Notes: generated by a model from the letters alone, not told the origin. A DNA stretch of 64,000 nucleotides from Selaginella moellendorffii (GCF_000143415.4 NW_003314335.1:210856-274855), one strand, 5' to 3'. Counted from the stretch's first letter, positions 36,470 to 49,860 are shown. Translations and numbers: made by a program.

Positions 36470-36990
36470 AAACCCAAGGACACTTAACCCCAAGTATCCC
36501 AATACCCTTAATCGATTGGAAAAGGGGGTGCACTACTTAAACCTAAGGACATTTAACCTTAAGTATCCCAAAACCCTTAATTGATTGAAAAATAGGGTGC
36601 ATTTTTATTTATGCGCCCTTTCTCTCTATATTTAAACCCTATGGATCATCTTTCAAGTTGTTCTTTTTAGTTTCTTACAATTCACCACGCTTCCCTGCAA
36701 ATTCACGCCTTCGTGAATGGAAGTTGAAAGCCGTAACTCTCCCGAGAGCCTCACTCTCTTGACATCCTAGCCCTTGGGTCAAGCCCAATTGGAGTAAACT
36801 ACACTTACCAAATGTCAATCAACATGTGGTGCAATTTCTCTAAACCAACCAACAGAATCAGACCTTAAACCCAAGTATCCTAAGACCCTCAACTGATTAA
36901 AAAAGGGGGTGTGCTCTATTCCTGGGCCCTTTCCCTCTATATTTGAACCCTATAGATCATCTTTCAAGGCGTTTTCTTTGGTTGCTTACA
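36470..36990 (+). repeat. Local direct repeats: a ~70-bp tandem pair and a ~120-bp duplicated segment
   Basis: AAGTATCC...CCCTYAAYYGATT.RAAAA.RGGGTG occurs at ~36492, ~36561 and ~36873. CCCTTTCYCTCTATATTTRAACCCTATRGATCATCTTTCAAG occurs at ~36616 and ~36927. Confidence 0.7.
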
Positions 36991-38819
36991 CAAATTAGAT
37001 ATTAAAGGTGATTGAAAAAAAATGTTAATGCAATATAGATATATGAAAATGTGATCTTTATGATCAAGTCTTGGGTATTCATTAGCATTTATAGATATTA
37101 TTATTGGATGTTGGTTATATAGGCAAAAGAAAGTTGGTTGAGTCTTGAGAATTTGTATTCCTAGATGGAAGGTTATTTTTTCTCTAGGATGGAAAATTTT
37201 TACACAAGTGTTTCCAATGGCTAATCTATTAATTATTTTTTTAAAAACCATTTTATTTTAGAATGCCTTTATAAACTAATGATGGGGTTGGAATTGAGTT
37301 TTGGTAGCTTGGACCTTAGTAATTAATTTATATGATGCAATCTAAAAGAGATGCTGACTTTTGGGGTTAAGGTAATTGGGTTAGATAAAGTTTAAAGTTT
37401 GCTTGGAAAAGTGGCTGTTGCACTTTTCTAGAAAGGTGACACTTGTATTTATCTTTTATAACATTATACTTGGTGATAAATTGCATTTTGCATTTTGTTA
37501 AATTCTATAAGAGTAGTGAGTTTGCATTAATCTCCTACACCTTGGTTAAAGATGGTGATTCAACTTAATTGTTTAAGGTTGAGGTGTTAATACCCATATT
37601 ATAACCTTATTTATTAAGAGGTTGTGTACTTTATGAATCCATTTCATAATCTTCACTTTAGTTTTTGCTAAGTGTTAATCATGTGTAATTAGCCTCTTCG
37701 ATTATACTCAGAGTTGTTAACTATGTATTAATGAGCTTATTATGATTGAATTAGATTCAAGTAGTCATTTTTTTCATAATTGTCCATATTTCTATATGTT
37801 ATACTTAGAGTGTTACCTTTCTGTTAGACAAGCATATAACTCGATAATATGAGTTTAGTGTTTAGGTTTTATGAAGGTGAGTTGAAGAATGATTGTTGGT
37901 TGCTTTGTGATTAGTGATCACTTGTAGATTTTATCCAGGATTGTTGACATTTTACTCAGCTTGATGATGATTTAATAACGATCAACTTATTTATCAGATG
38001 GTATTGCAGAGGATTGTGTTCTTGGGCTCATTGAGTTTTGGATATGGTGATTCACTCCTTGATGAAGTATTATCTATAGTTAAGTATTGTTGAAAGATTA
38101 ATTTTGGAAACTGAGTAAAGTATCTTTAACCTTTGTTAAGTTAGTTGCTAAAGAGTTTTGAGTGGTGATTTATTTTTGCTTTCTTTTAGCTATATTTTGG
38201 TGTTAATGATATTAAAGTGATGTCTTGATAATGATATTGTTAAAGTTGAGATTATAGTGAGATGAGATATTTCTCCATGGGTATATTGAGGAAGTTGAAT
38301 TTTTCACTTGTGGTGGTTCAGATGGTTAAGGATTAATTTGGCTTTATGGAGATAGACATTTTTTCTCACTAGTCTCAACAATGATGAGGAAGGAAACCTT
38401 AAGTTGTCATTTAGTCAAGCATACTTAATGAGAAACTACTTGCTAGTGTTGAGAACCCCTACAACATTGTTAGCTAGCTGAAAAGTGTTTTGACATAAAA
38501 ACAAATCTTCCCTATAGATGTTTCAAGCTAAGAAAGAATGGATAGAGCTAGAGCCCTAACAAGCGTCATCACTCAACTACTGGACAAGTCATTTACAGAA
38601 GTACCTTTAAGTGACAAAAAACACCTTCAGATCCTCTATTTTGCAATTCCTCAATCCAACAATGTTTTATCAGATGCCACCATTTGATTGTCCATTTTAG
38701 TCAAACTTGATCTCCTAGGTGAGTGAGATTGTGAGGCTTTTCATTTCCTATTGCACCTTCTCTATCCTACTATCCTCTCTCTACTCCTTTGTTTCTGCAA
38801 ATTCTTTAGGATGCCTTTC

Positions 38820-38901
38820 CATATCAAATTATTCCCAAAGCTCAAATTCCATAACTTTGACCCCAGTTATGGAATTTGAGCTTTGGGAATATTTTGATGT
38901 G
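38820..38901. other. Near-perfect hairpin (27-bp perfect core stem, ~37 bp extended, 8-nt loop)
   Basis: TATTCCCAAAGCTCAAATTCCATAACT-ttgacccc-AGTTATGGAATTTGAGCTTTGGGAATA. Confidence 0.9.
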
Positions 38902-39703
38902 TCAAATGTGTCTAATGCAAGCTCAATATTTGATGTTGTAATGGTTTTTTCAGCCCCTTCAAGAAATACTCTTGGAATTGCCAATCAGTGGCCATACATG
39001 GGCCAAATGTATTGGTATACTAAACACATCAAATGAAGACCACACTATCTCACTTTCTTTCAGAGCAATAATTAGCCGTTGGCTTAATAAGAAGTAATCG
39101 CCACCAAAATTCTCTCAAACATTTAAGAAACTCTTCTTTACATCATGTTCTAGTGTGCCTCCTGTTAAACACCATCCTGATTCACTCTCTCTCCGCTTAC
39201 TTGGCGATGATGTGGCATCAGGCCTTCTCTTTGTTTTATCTCCAGCGCACTCCCTCTCCCGTCCGTCGCCGCTCCACAGCTCCCGCCCGCCCGCTCGCCC
39301 TCACGACTCCCACCCAGCGTGCGCCCTAAAATTACTTCCATGTGGCCATAGCCCCAACACTTAGCCAAATTTCAATTAGCGCACGCGTGGACGCCTTTCT
39401 ACGTGCTTTACATGGCCAATGAGTGTCATGGATGACCATTAGGAGTGGTAAACTTATGAAATATTCTCACTAATTTAAATATATGTATATAAAGAGTTTT
39501 TTTTTAATTTATTCTTTGCTAAGATTAAGTTTGAGCTTTTCTTTCTTGTCTTCCTCTGCCTAGTAAAAGGAGTTGCTTCTGGACTACTAGAAGCTTTTCT
39601 ATTACTTGTAATTCTTTCCACCAAAGGTTTTGCTCACTTCAAGGATGTACCATAACTATCAACACGTTGAAATTCTGCTACAGGATGAATAAGATCGTCT
39701 GGC

Positions 39704-41503
39704 TGTGAGACACAAAATCCCTAGGCCCCAAAGTGGAGTCGGAAAGGGTGCCACGTGGTAAAGGCCGAAGTGAAAGCCAAACGAGCGTAACACGTTTGGA
39801 CTAAAAGCTTCGACTTGGAAGGTCGAGAGCAGGAGTGGAACACCCAACAAAGTGCTCAAGGAGCGAGCACGAGGCAACCAATAAGCAAGGCTCCGAAAAG
39901 GGACCCAAAAAGGACTAACACATGACACGTGGAAGTGTCCGAGAAGGACCCGAGATGGAGTCCAAGATGGACCCGAGATGGAGTCCGAGATGGACCAAGA
40001 CGGAGTCCGAGATGGACCCGAGATGGAGTCCGAGATGGAGTCCAAGATGGAGTCCAAGACAGAGTCCGAGATGGACCCAAGATGGACCCGAGATGGAGTC
40101 CGAGATGGACCAAGATGGAGTCCGAGATAGACCCGAGATGGAGTTCGAGATGGAGTCCGAGATGGACCCGAGATGGAGTCCGAGATGGACCGAGACGGAG
40201 TCTGAGATGGACCCGAGATGGAGTCCGAGATGGAGTCCAAGATGGAGTCCGAGATGGAGTCCGAGATGGACCCGAGATGGAGTCCGAGATGGACCGAGAC
40301 GGAGTCCGAGATGGAGTCCGAGATGGAGTCTGAGAAGGACCCGAGATGGAGTCCGAGGTCGAGACCGAGACCGGGACTGAGACCGAGACCGAGACCGAGA
40401 CCGAGACTGAGACCGGGACCGAGACCAAGCCCGAGACCGAGCCCGAGCCCGAGTCCAAGTCTGAGTCTGAGTCCGAGTCCGAGTCCGAGTCCGAGTTCGA
40501 GTCTGAGAGGGTGAAAGCCCAAAGCGTTCGTCTCCCAGACCCTGGGGGGTTTGGTGAGCTCCAAAAGTATAGTAGGGGGAGGACTGCAGTGGAGCCAGTT
40601 TGGCCAGGAAAGGCCAGTTTGGCCCAAGAAGGCTTGACCCAGTGTTGGGTGATGAGTTGCCCACTGGGAAGTCCAAGACTAGAGTGAACACGGACCGACA
40701 AACAAGGTAGCTTGGTGAAGTGTTCAAGAGTCGGCTCTAGTTCCCCCTGGAGATCGACTGGCCGATGCTCCCAGTTCAAGTGTGGGTGGCACTACCTACT
40801 TGGATACCAGGCGTGGCTCAACGGAATCTTGCTCTAAGCCCATGGCTAGAGCACCTAAAGGCGGAAGGTGGGGAGAGTACCCATGGGGCTTGCGTAGGCC
40901 CATGGTGTTCCGAAATATTGTCCCGGAGTCCCAAATGGGGGAAAGGAGGAGGAACAATCCTCTAGTGTAGTGACTAAGGATACAGTCACATGGTGAGGAA
41001 GTCCCAGAGGACCATGGGACTTAGTGGTCGGGCCTGTGGGCCTTGATCTAGTGGCAGTGTTGGCAAACATGGCCATGGATAGAAAAGGGACTTGGTAGGA
41101 ACTGACAAAGGGATACTGGGGAAGGCTATTCCCCATGTCTGTGGGCATCCTAAGGATGCTAAAGAGTGGATCTGGGATGACCACTCGTGGACGGATGGCC
41201 CAGTCTTGGAGAGACGGGATTGTGATGCAAGTGGTATTAGACCACTAGTGCGGCAAAGGTGAATGGGCATGGCCTTAGCATAATGGGCCGATATGTTAGT
41301 GGTACCTTTGGGTGTCGGTCTTGGGACTGGACACGTGGAGCACTTGGACCAAGTGCAAGGGATGAGTGGCATGGATGCCATCCTCGGGGCTAGCAAGTCC
41401 CAAGTCCTGAATTAGACTTAAAGAGGTTGTGAATGAGACTCCTCCAAGTGGTCAAAGGTGTGGTTAAGTGATTAAAGTAGAATGGAAAATTTAGTCGCTT
41501 ACA
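39704..41503 (+). repeat. 5' LTR (1800 bp) with an internal GAGATGGAGTCC/GAGATGGACCC minisatellite
   Basis: TGTGAGACAC...GTCGCTTACA, matching 45569-47199. Confidence 0.93.
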
Positions 41504-41506
41504 ACT

Positions 41507-41520
41507 TGGTATCGGAGCCA
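41507..41520 (+). promoter_or_regulatory. Primer-binding site (tRNA-iMet type, one mismatch)
   Basis: TGGTATCGGAGCCA 3 bp after the 5' LTR; canonical form is TGGTATCAGAGC. Confidence 0.85.
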
Positions 41521-44500
41521 TTCCTTAGTCCGACTTTTATTGGTGCTCAAGTATATCACTATTGATGTTGGCATCAAAATGTCCTAGGAGTGGGCCTATC
41601 CTTGAAGAGTAGCGTGTCGAGAGGACATGGCTCTCCACTCAAGTTCATGTGTGAACTTGGGCGTGATGTGGTGCATAGAAAAGGGCCAGTAAGGGAACGA
41701 CTTTGGGATCTTGGGAACAGTATAAGGGTTTCCTCAGAGAGTTGAGGATGTGATCCAGATGAGCGTTTGACTTAGCAAACTGGTTGATGTGGTTGTGGTA
41801 AACAACTACAGTTGGGATCACGGGAAAGATGTAGACTCCAAAACAATAAAGGAGTCACAAGATTACCCTTATATAGTTGAGGCTGGTACTCATAAATGTG
41901 AGACCGGAATTTGTGACTGTGGGAGGTCAAATACAGAAGAGGACACCAGTCCTTGAAATGGTAGCCAGGGCTACCTCTAATAAATGCTGGAACAACCCAA
42001 GGAGTTGGGGGTGTACTTAAAGATAAGTTGCTATTCTCATCATATGGACAAGTAGTCCTAAGGGGCAAAGGTTAGCCCCAAGAAAATCATCAAGTGTCGG
42101 AGTAACACTTGCAAAGATTGTCCTTGTGAGTAAGACATGAATACAAGAAGTTGTATTCTAGCGAATTGGCACCTTGAAGACTAAGACCTCGTAAGGTTTT
42201 GGATTAGCAAAGTCCAAAATGCTAGATGACTCAAGTGGAGTCAGGGAATGGTTCTAAAGGATTGGTTGAAGCATTTGGACTAAGGTGTATGGTGCCCCAT
42301 GAGGTATGGGGAGGATCATAAAATCATGGTATGAGAATAGTAGGTATCTCATTGATGGCAGAATGTGCCATACTAAAGTTGTGGGAAAGATGTTCCCAGA
42401 AGAAAGCAACTTTGGCCCAGAGTTGGGTGCAAACACTATGGTGCGGTGCTAATGGATAGTTAGCATGAGGAACAATTATATTGATCTTGGCAAAGACTTA
42501 GACATTAATAAGTAGTGTCATAAGGATAGGCTCATGGGGCTGATGGTGTGAAGACACCAAATGTGCCAAGGTGTGATACCTTGAAGTTATGTTGGTGGGT
42601 TCATAAGAACCCCTTGCCAAGGGAATCCCAACGGAAATGGGAATGGCATAGCTTAAGCTGGAAGGCATGTGGTAGAGTGTGGTGACCAAAACAATGATGG
42701 AGGTGTGGAAGCACTAGCAATGAGTTGTAGGACTTGACAACTATAAAGCAATTAAGCAAAGGTGTAAGATAATTGGTTAAACTGGTAGAAGGTAGCTACC
42801 CAAGACTTCTTAATGGCATCAAGAAGTTAGATATACCCTTATGAGGGATAAATTGCTTATGTTGCGATATAGTAAGTCAATGTCATAAAAGGGAATGCTC
42901 ATTGTTAAATAGGCCATCATTTGGGACACCCAAACACTCTAGAACACCAAGAGGCGGTGTTTGATGTCGCGAGGGCAATAGATAAGGCCCAAGGGACTAA
43001 GTCCCTAACGAATGATGGACAAAAGGTGCTATCCAAATGTCCAAGGTTGCGGAGATGGGAAAAAACTATCTACCCAAATTGGACAAAGCTAAAAATGAAA
43101 TTTTGGCAAGGCTAGTGATGGGCATGTAAAGACCCATAAGCAACAATGTTAATCCCGGTGTGTGGGATTATAAGGTATGCATACCTGAACTGAGGAACCA
43201 CTCCCTAGGCTATCGGGTAGGTTCATCCTTAAGAATACTTGCTAAGGCATGATAAAAAGTGCAAAGTTATCCTCCTAGTCTGGAGGAGAATGACCGAAGG
43301 AAAGGTGTGAGGCCAAAAGAAAGTAGTAAGGGGATAGAACCAAACCATGGAAATTGGAGGGTATAACCAAGGGTGGTTATGCCAGTTGGGGTGGAGAATC
43401 AAGTGGGGGCTCGAGGGTGTTATTGCTAGCAACCGTGATGCCATGAAGAGTCTAAAATATGGAATTATCCATACTAGACTATATGGCAACTAAAAAGCTT
43501 GCGAAAAGGGAGGCCTTAGCAAGCTAAGGGACAGAGTTCCTTCAAGGTTCCCAAAGACGATTCTAGGTAGCTTAATACCTAGAAAGGCCAAGTGTAAATG
43601 GTTCATGGAACGCGCGAAACCAGAGTGGTGCAGCAGAAGCGTGGTCTTGAAGCTTGCCATGAGGCAAGGCCATCAAGGTTGGGGAAGTGGTTCCTGAGTG
43701 TTCAAAGAGAGGGCTTTGAACGAAAGTCGATGGTTAAGGATTTTCACGCTTATGCATGAACCATGTTACGGTGGCCGGATGACTTGCTAAGTGAGATTGG
43801 CAAGTCAGGGGGACAAATCCCCTAGTTGAAGGTGCTAACTTCAAAAGGGGTGGCCTATGGGAACTGAGCATGAAGGAGTCCATGCATGATCACAAACTTG
43901 TCAAGTGAGAGGACTTGGCAGTGCGAAGGAACTAGATTCCTAAGCTGTGATCTATAGAGTGCTTTTACTATAAGTTGGTGCACCGGCATGGGGAGTCACG
44001 CTAGGCATCTTGGATGATGCCTTCCATAGATCCATATACGGAGGTTGGGTTCGAGTCCCGACCCTCTAGTGCTTCGGTTCGAGTCCCAAATCACTAGGGC
44101 ATGGTGATGGTTTGGAATATGAGGACACTCATATTTCGGTGGTCATGGACTCTCAATGAGGAGATTGGCTTGGGCACACCGCCAAGCCGGGGATGCCCTA
44201 GAGTCGTGATGCACGGTTTGATTGCTTAGAGTGAAAGCTCAGCATATCTAACTTGAACACTTTGGTGCAAAGGGCACCAAGAACGTGGTGAATGAGATGG
44301 GGACACCCAAGTCTTAGTTGCTATGGATCCTTGGCTGGAAGGGCTGGCTTGGGCACACCGCCAAGTGTGGGGGATGCCCCCAGAGTCATAGTCAACAACT
44401 TAGAAGGGTTTAGAAGACCTAATTCCTATTGATAGACCTATTAAGGGGTCAAGATGAGATCACTAGGTGATCTTGTGGCTAAACAAGGACAAAGTCTTTG

Positions 44501-45556
44501 TTTAGGTTAAGGAATATGATTCCTAGTTCAAAGTGTTGATTTGAACTATTGATAAAAGTGTGGCTTGGGCAAGGTGACCAAATGGGAAGAACACCTAAGA
44601 GAAATGAGCTATGTCAATACTATGGCATAGTAAGTCCAAGGAAAGTGGTCTCTATAAGAGATCCAAGGGAGGGTCTCAAAAAGTTGGGCCGTGATAGAGC
44701 CCATGACAAAAAATGTTAAAGAGACGTACTAGAGGTGAACACCCTCTGGACTTGGCAAAGCAAAATGTTTGCTATGGAACCGAAAGAAAACCTCAAAAAT
44801 AGAGGTAGTGATTCTATGTTGTTAGGTGCAACAATCAAGGATAGAAGCAAAAGGCTAGTGGCTAAGAAAAGAGCCATAGGAATCATGGGAAAGAATCCAA
44901 ATGGCAAACTTAGGCCAAGAACACTAATGTGTTAGGTGCTAATGGATTGTGGGAAAGGCAATATTTCCCCAAGGATGGATTCCCAACTGCTCCGATTTAG
45001 CAAAAGTGGATGCTCCAAAAGGGGGAGTAACAAAGTAGCCAAATGATAGGACCATGGACAGCCTTAGCACAAAGTATGATAATTAGAACTTAGTGCCCAA
45101 GGTGGCACGAAATATAAGTGAGGATGATGGTGCCCTCGAGTAGAGAACTTCTTAGGATGGGGAAGTGGAGTGGCACAATATGTGCAATGCAGGGTGTCAA
45201 AGACACCTAGGAAATTGACTTTGAGAAGTCAAAAATAAAAGTTCCAAAGTGCAAAGGTTATATTAGTGAAAATTGAGACTACTCAAGAAGGGGTAGTGGG
45301 GTTGAGATAGAGACGGTGTCTCAAACCAGTTTAGTGAGAACTAAACCAATAAAAGGAGAGAACCACCTCAAGTGGTCGAATAAGCTTCTAAGTTGGAGAG
45401 GCTATGCTCTTTAGAGGATGGACAAGGCATGGTGAGCCTTCGGGGACAAACCATAGACAAATATTGGCTGGGTGCCAAGGATGGAAATGGTAATACCTGC
45501 GGGTGCTACTTTATAAAAGGGTTTACCGTTCGATGAGGACATCGAACTTCGTCTAT

Positions 45557-45568
45557 GGGTGGTGGAGA
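45557..45568 (+). promoter_or_regulatory. Polypurine tract
   Basis: GGGTGGTGGAGA abutting the 3' LTR. Confidence 0.75.
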
Positions 45569-46052
45569 TGTGAGACACAAAATCCCTAGGCCCCAAAGTG
45601 GAGTCGGAAAGGGTGCCACGTGGTAAAGGCCGAAGCAAAAGCCAAACGAGTGTAACACGTTTGGACTAAAAACTCCAACTTGGAAGGTCGAGAGCAGGAG
45701 TGGAACACCCAACAAATTTCTCAAGGAGCGAGCACGAGGCAACCAATAAGCAAGGGTCCGAAAAGGGACCCAAAAAGGACCAACACATGACACGTGGACC
45801 CGAGATGGAATCCAAGATGGACCAAGACGGAGTCCGAGATGGACCCGAGATGGAGTCCAAGATGGAGTCCGAGATGGAGTCCGAGACAGAGTCCAAGATG
45901 GACCCAAGATGGAGTCCGAGATGGACCGAGACGGAGTCTGAGATGGACCCGAGATGGAGTCCGAGATGGAGTCCGAGATGGACCCGAGACGGAGTCCGAG
46001 ATGGAGTCCGAGAAGGACCCGAGATGGAGTCCGAGGTCGAGACCGAGACCGG

Positions 46053-46091
<39 letters not shown>

Positions 46092-47199
46092 TGAGACCGA
46101 GACCGAGACCGGGACCGGGACCGAGACCAGGACCGAGGCCAAGACCGAGCCCAAGCCTGAGTCCAAGTCTGAGTCCGAGTCTGAGTCTGAGTTCGAGTCT
46201 GAGAGGGTGAAAGCCCAAAGCGTTCGTCTCCTAGACCCTAGGGGGTTTGGTGAGCTCCAAAAGTATAATAGGGGGAGGACTACAGTGGAGCCAGTTTGGC
46301 CAGGAAAGGCCAGTTTGGCCCAGGAAGGCTTGACCCAGTGTTGGGTGATGAGCTGCCCACTGGGAAGTCCAAGACTAGAGTGAACACAGACCAACAAGCA
46401 AGGTAGCTTGGTGAAGTGTTCAAGAGCCAGCTCTAGTTCCCCCGGGAGATCGACTGGCCGATGCTCCCAGTCCAAATGTGGGTGGCACTACCTACTTGGA
46501 TACCAGGCGTGGCTCAACGGAACCTCACTCTAAGCCCATGGTTAGAGCACCTAAAGGCGGAAGGTGGGGAGAGTACCCATGGGGCTCGCGTAGGCCCACG
46601 GTGTTCCGAAATGTTGTCTCGGAGTCCCAAATGGGGGAAAGGAGGAGGAACAATCCTCTAGTGTAGTGACTAAGGATACAGTCACATGGTGAGGAAGTCT
46701 CAGAGGACCATGGGACTTAGTGGTCGGGCCTGTGGGCCTTGATCTAGTGGCAATGTTGGCAAACATGGCCATGGATAGAAAAGGGACTCGGTAGGAACTG
46801 ACAAAGGGATATTGAGGAAGGCTATTCCTCATGTCTATGGGCATCCTAAGGATGCTAAAGAGTGGATCTGGGATGACCACTCGTGGACAGATGGCCTAGT
46901 CTTGGAGAGACGGGATTGTGATGCAAGTGGTATTAGACCACTAGTGCGGCAAAGGTGAATGGGCATGGCCTTAGCATAATGGGCCGATATGTCAGTGGTA
47001 CCTTTGGGTGTCGGTCTTGGGACTGGACACGTGGAGCATTTGGACCAAGTGCAAGGGATGAGTGGCATGGATGCCATCCTCGGGGCTAGCAAGTCCCAAG
47101 TCCTGAATTAGACTTAAGGAGGTTGTGAGTGAGACTCCTCCAAGTGGTCAAAGGTGTGGTTAAGTGACTAAAGTAGAATGGAAAATTTAGTCGCTTACA
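45569..47199 (+). repeat. 3' LTR (1631 bp)
   Basis: TGTGAGACAC...GTCGCTTACA, with a shorter internal minisatellite than the 5' LTR. Confidence 0.93.
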
Positions 47200-47399
47200 C
47201 TGGCCTAGCTTTAAAAGTTGCAACCTTTTATTATATCATTTTTAAATTGTTGTCAACCATAAATAAAAAAGCTTCTTCATCAAGAAGATCTTGTAAGATA
47301 TCCATCATCTTTTGCTGTAATGTCACTTTTGTAACTTTTGATGGAGTGATATCTTACTGCTCAAAGTTTATATCAATATTTAAAATTTACTTAGTGTAA

Positions 47400-49860
47400 A
47401 TTATTTCTATAGTAGTCGTTAGCTGAATTTCTTGTTGATGCTATATATTTTGATGGATATCTTCCTGCTCAATATTCATATATATATTAGTATATAAAAT
47501 ATACTAGTTTACCTCTAATGTAGTCTCCAACTGAATTTCTTCCTCATGATAAACATTTTGATGAATGTTTTCCTACTCAAATTTTTATAAGTATTTCAAA
47601 ATTTTAATTAATAAGTGAATTACCTCTGTCATACCTTCCAAGTCAAGTGCTTCAAAATCTTAATGATGATAAAATAAGTCATCTGACCCAGGTTCTAAAA
47701 TTGCATGCAATTGTGATGGTTGAACCTTATAACTAGTTGTAGTCCAATCAGTTTTTTCTCCTTGTTTTAACATAATAACTTTTGCTTGATGCTTGCAAAA
47801 GTTTCCTTTGGTTGCCCATGGACAATTACACCAAGTCGAAAAAGCCTAATCATTGTGTCTTTCACCTTCAACAACAAGATACCATATAGCTGAATCTGAA
47901 AAGGATTATATATAGGATTTGTGAGTATTGTCCTTATCGAATTTTACTTGAGAGTCATTAATATTTCTTGCTTTAACAATCGCACTATCGATTAGTTTTT
48001 CATATGCATGGTTTTAAATAAAACCATGATCTTTGTAATAACTAGTAAACCAGTACCTCACATGAACCTTAGTAGTAAGTTGATGAATTGTCTAATCCAT
48101 CCTTCGATTGTGAGCATATTTTTTTTCAGACGAGAGTATAGCTTTTATATTTGCATGGAATGCCTCAATCGAACTATTTGTCTCCTTGTTAACATAAGGG
48201 AAATTTCGAGCAGCAACAACCCACATATCTATCAAATATAAATTAAAATAAATTAAAATAAATTATAAAAATTAAAATATAGATTCACTTACCAACTTTG
48301 TCCTTCCATTCATCTTGAAAATACTTGATAAATGCTACTTCATTTTGAAAATCCACCTCAAAATGTATAATAAGTTGTTTAATCTCAGCTCGTATAATAT
48401 TATCATCATGAAAAGCTGCATGAATTGAATGATACATAATATTTCTGAGACATTTCCATATTTCCATCCTAATATTCCAAGATTTCACCTTACAAATAAT
48501 ATATTTGAGCCAATTCCTTCTTACATGCCAAATACATAATAGAATTTGACAATTATATATAGCTCTATATAGAAGAAAACAATTAAATTATTTTATATCA
48601 AATTAATTACCTTATAGCATTAATCTCTACTTCAGCATTATTAATCATTATCACCTGTAGTTTCCAATTTTGCATGTGTTCTAAAACTTGTTTTTTAAGA
48701 ACTATCATCCAATTCTTCATATGTTCTCCTTTCTCATTAGAAGATAAAACCCATGCAATTGGAATACCATTTCCATGATAATCAAAAACAAGCATGGTGT
48801 ATAATGAGAACTGTAAATTATTAAATATTATTCACTTAAAAATGAATGAAAATTTTACCTTGTAGTGATTAGTTCCAAAAGTTGCATCAAGACTCAATAA
48901 ATTATTATTTGAAAAGTCCACCATCTTTTGTAGTTACTAAGTTGTCTGAATCCCAATAGTAAAACAATCTTTACCTCAATCACCTTTTTAATAGAAAAAT
49001 ACTTTCTCGGGATTTGTGTTCTTCCAAATACGTACACTCTATATGTCATTCTTATGTAATCAATAAGTTGAAAGTGAATACTTCTTATGCAGATTGTTGA
49101 TATCCTATATAGTTAGAAAATCATCTTGATAAGGAGGTTCACCAGCTGACTTGTTCCTTCCCACACTCTGTATATGCTCATTATAAATTTGATTTGATAT
49201 GAAATCCTACTGAATCATATAAATCACCCAATGTTGAATATCTGTTGAAAGCTTCTAAGGAAATAATGACTTTCCTTCAGTCGGATCAAGTTGACCATGA
49301 CAAGGAATCCCATTCTTATCACAATGCTCTCTATGATAATATGTAATCTGCACATAATCAGGCCATTTGTAAAACTGTTTGACCAAAAAATTGCAAAGGC
49401 AGCCCCGTTTATTAGAACTTCGACTTGGTCTACTTCCAAGTCCTGACTTTGGTGTAGATTCAACAATCATAATAGAGGATGTTTCACGAGCATCTTGTTT
49501 TCCATATTCACACCAATACCTAGTAATTATATTTTGTTAAAAAGATAGAAGTGATTAATGATAAAAAGCTTGTGTTTTTGGGTTGTTTCAAATCTCTATG
49601 ATCATGATTTTTGTTAGAAAATTGCCAAAAATCCACTCCATCACCCCTTCTCCTTTCACTATCTAGAAACTTGTTCACATCCTTCTGTAATATATACACA
49701 ATAGGAGCTATAGTTTCATTTGATTTAGACAAATTCTAATTTAAATCATCTGCACTAAAATAATCCTTTTCATGGAATTCTTGCACCTCATCAAGCCATG
49801 GGGGATCCGAAATGATTTTCTTGAATCAATATGAAGTTGAATTGATTGCTTACCTTTGGA
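47400..49860 (-). pseudogene. Degenerate MULE transposase (MULE DDE plus SWIM finger), At4g13970/At1g60560-like, intron-containing
   Basis: KRGCLCNFLVK...YYHREHCDKNGIPCHG; LDATFGTN; FSLYTMLVFDYHGNGIPIAWVLSS; FIKYFQDEW; SWIM WCNCPWATKGNFCKH at ~47780-47835. In-frame stops are present. The probable C-terminal tail is displaced to ~39510-39703 by the LTR insertion. Confidence 0.85.

Larger units (their letters stand above)
39704..47199 (+). mobile_element. Structurally complete, non-autonomous (degenerate, Gypsy-like) LTR retrotransposon
   Basis: Two TG...CA LTRs; 5-bp TSD CTGGC (39699-39703 and 47200-47204); tRNA-Met-type PBS; PPT. The 4.07-kb interior has no ORF over ~100 aa, only faint protease/RT-like remnants. 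Confidence 0.93.

Noticed and set aside
35330-38800. Possible degenerate LINE or other TE coding region
   Set aside because: T/G-skewed AT-rich DNA, but I could not recover convincing RT or endonuclease motifs by eye.
39659-40779. Long ORFs (270-322 aa) on both strands, with similar ones at 34617-35405 and 45506-46475
   Set aside because: Low-complexity translations (SISD, PSRT, LGLH) of the stop-poor LTR minisatellite, open in many frames at once.
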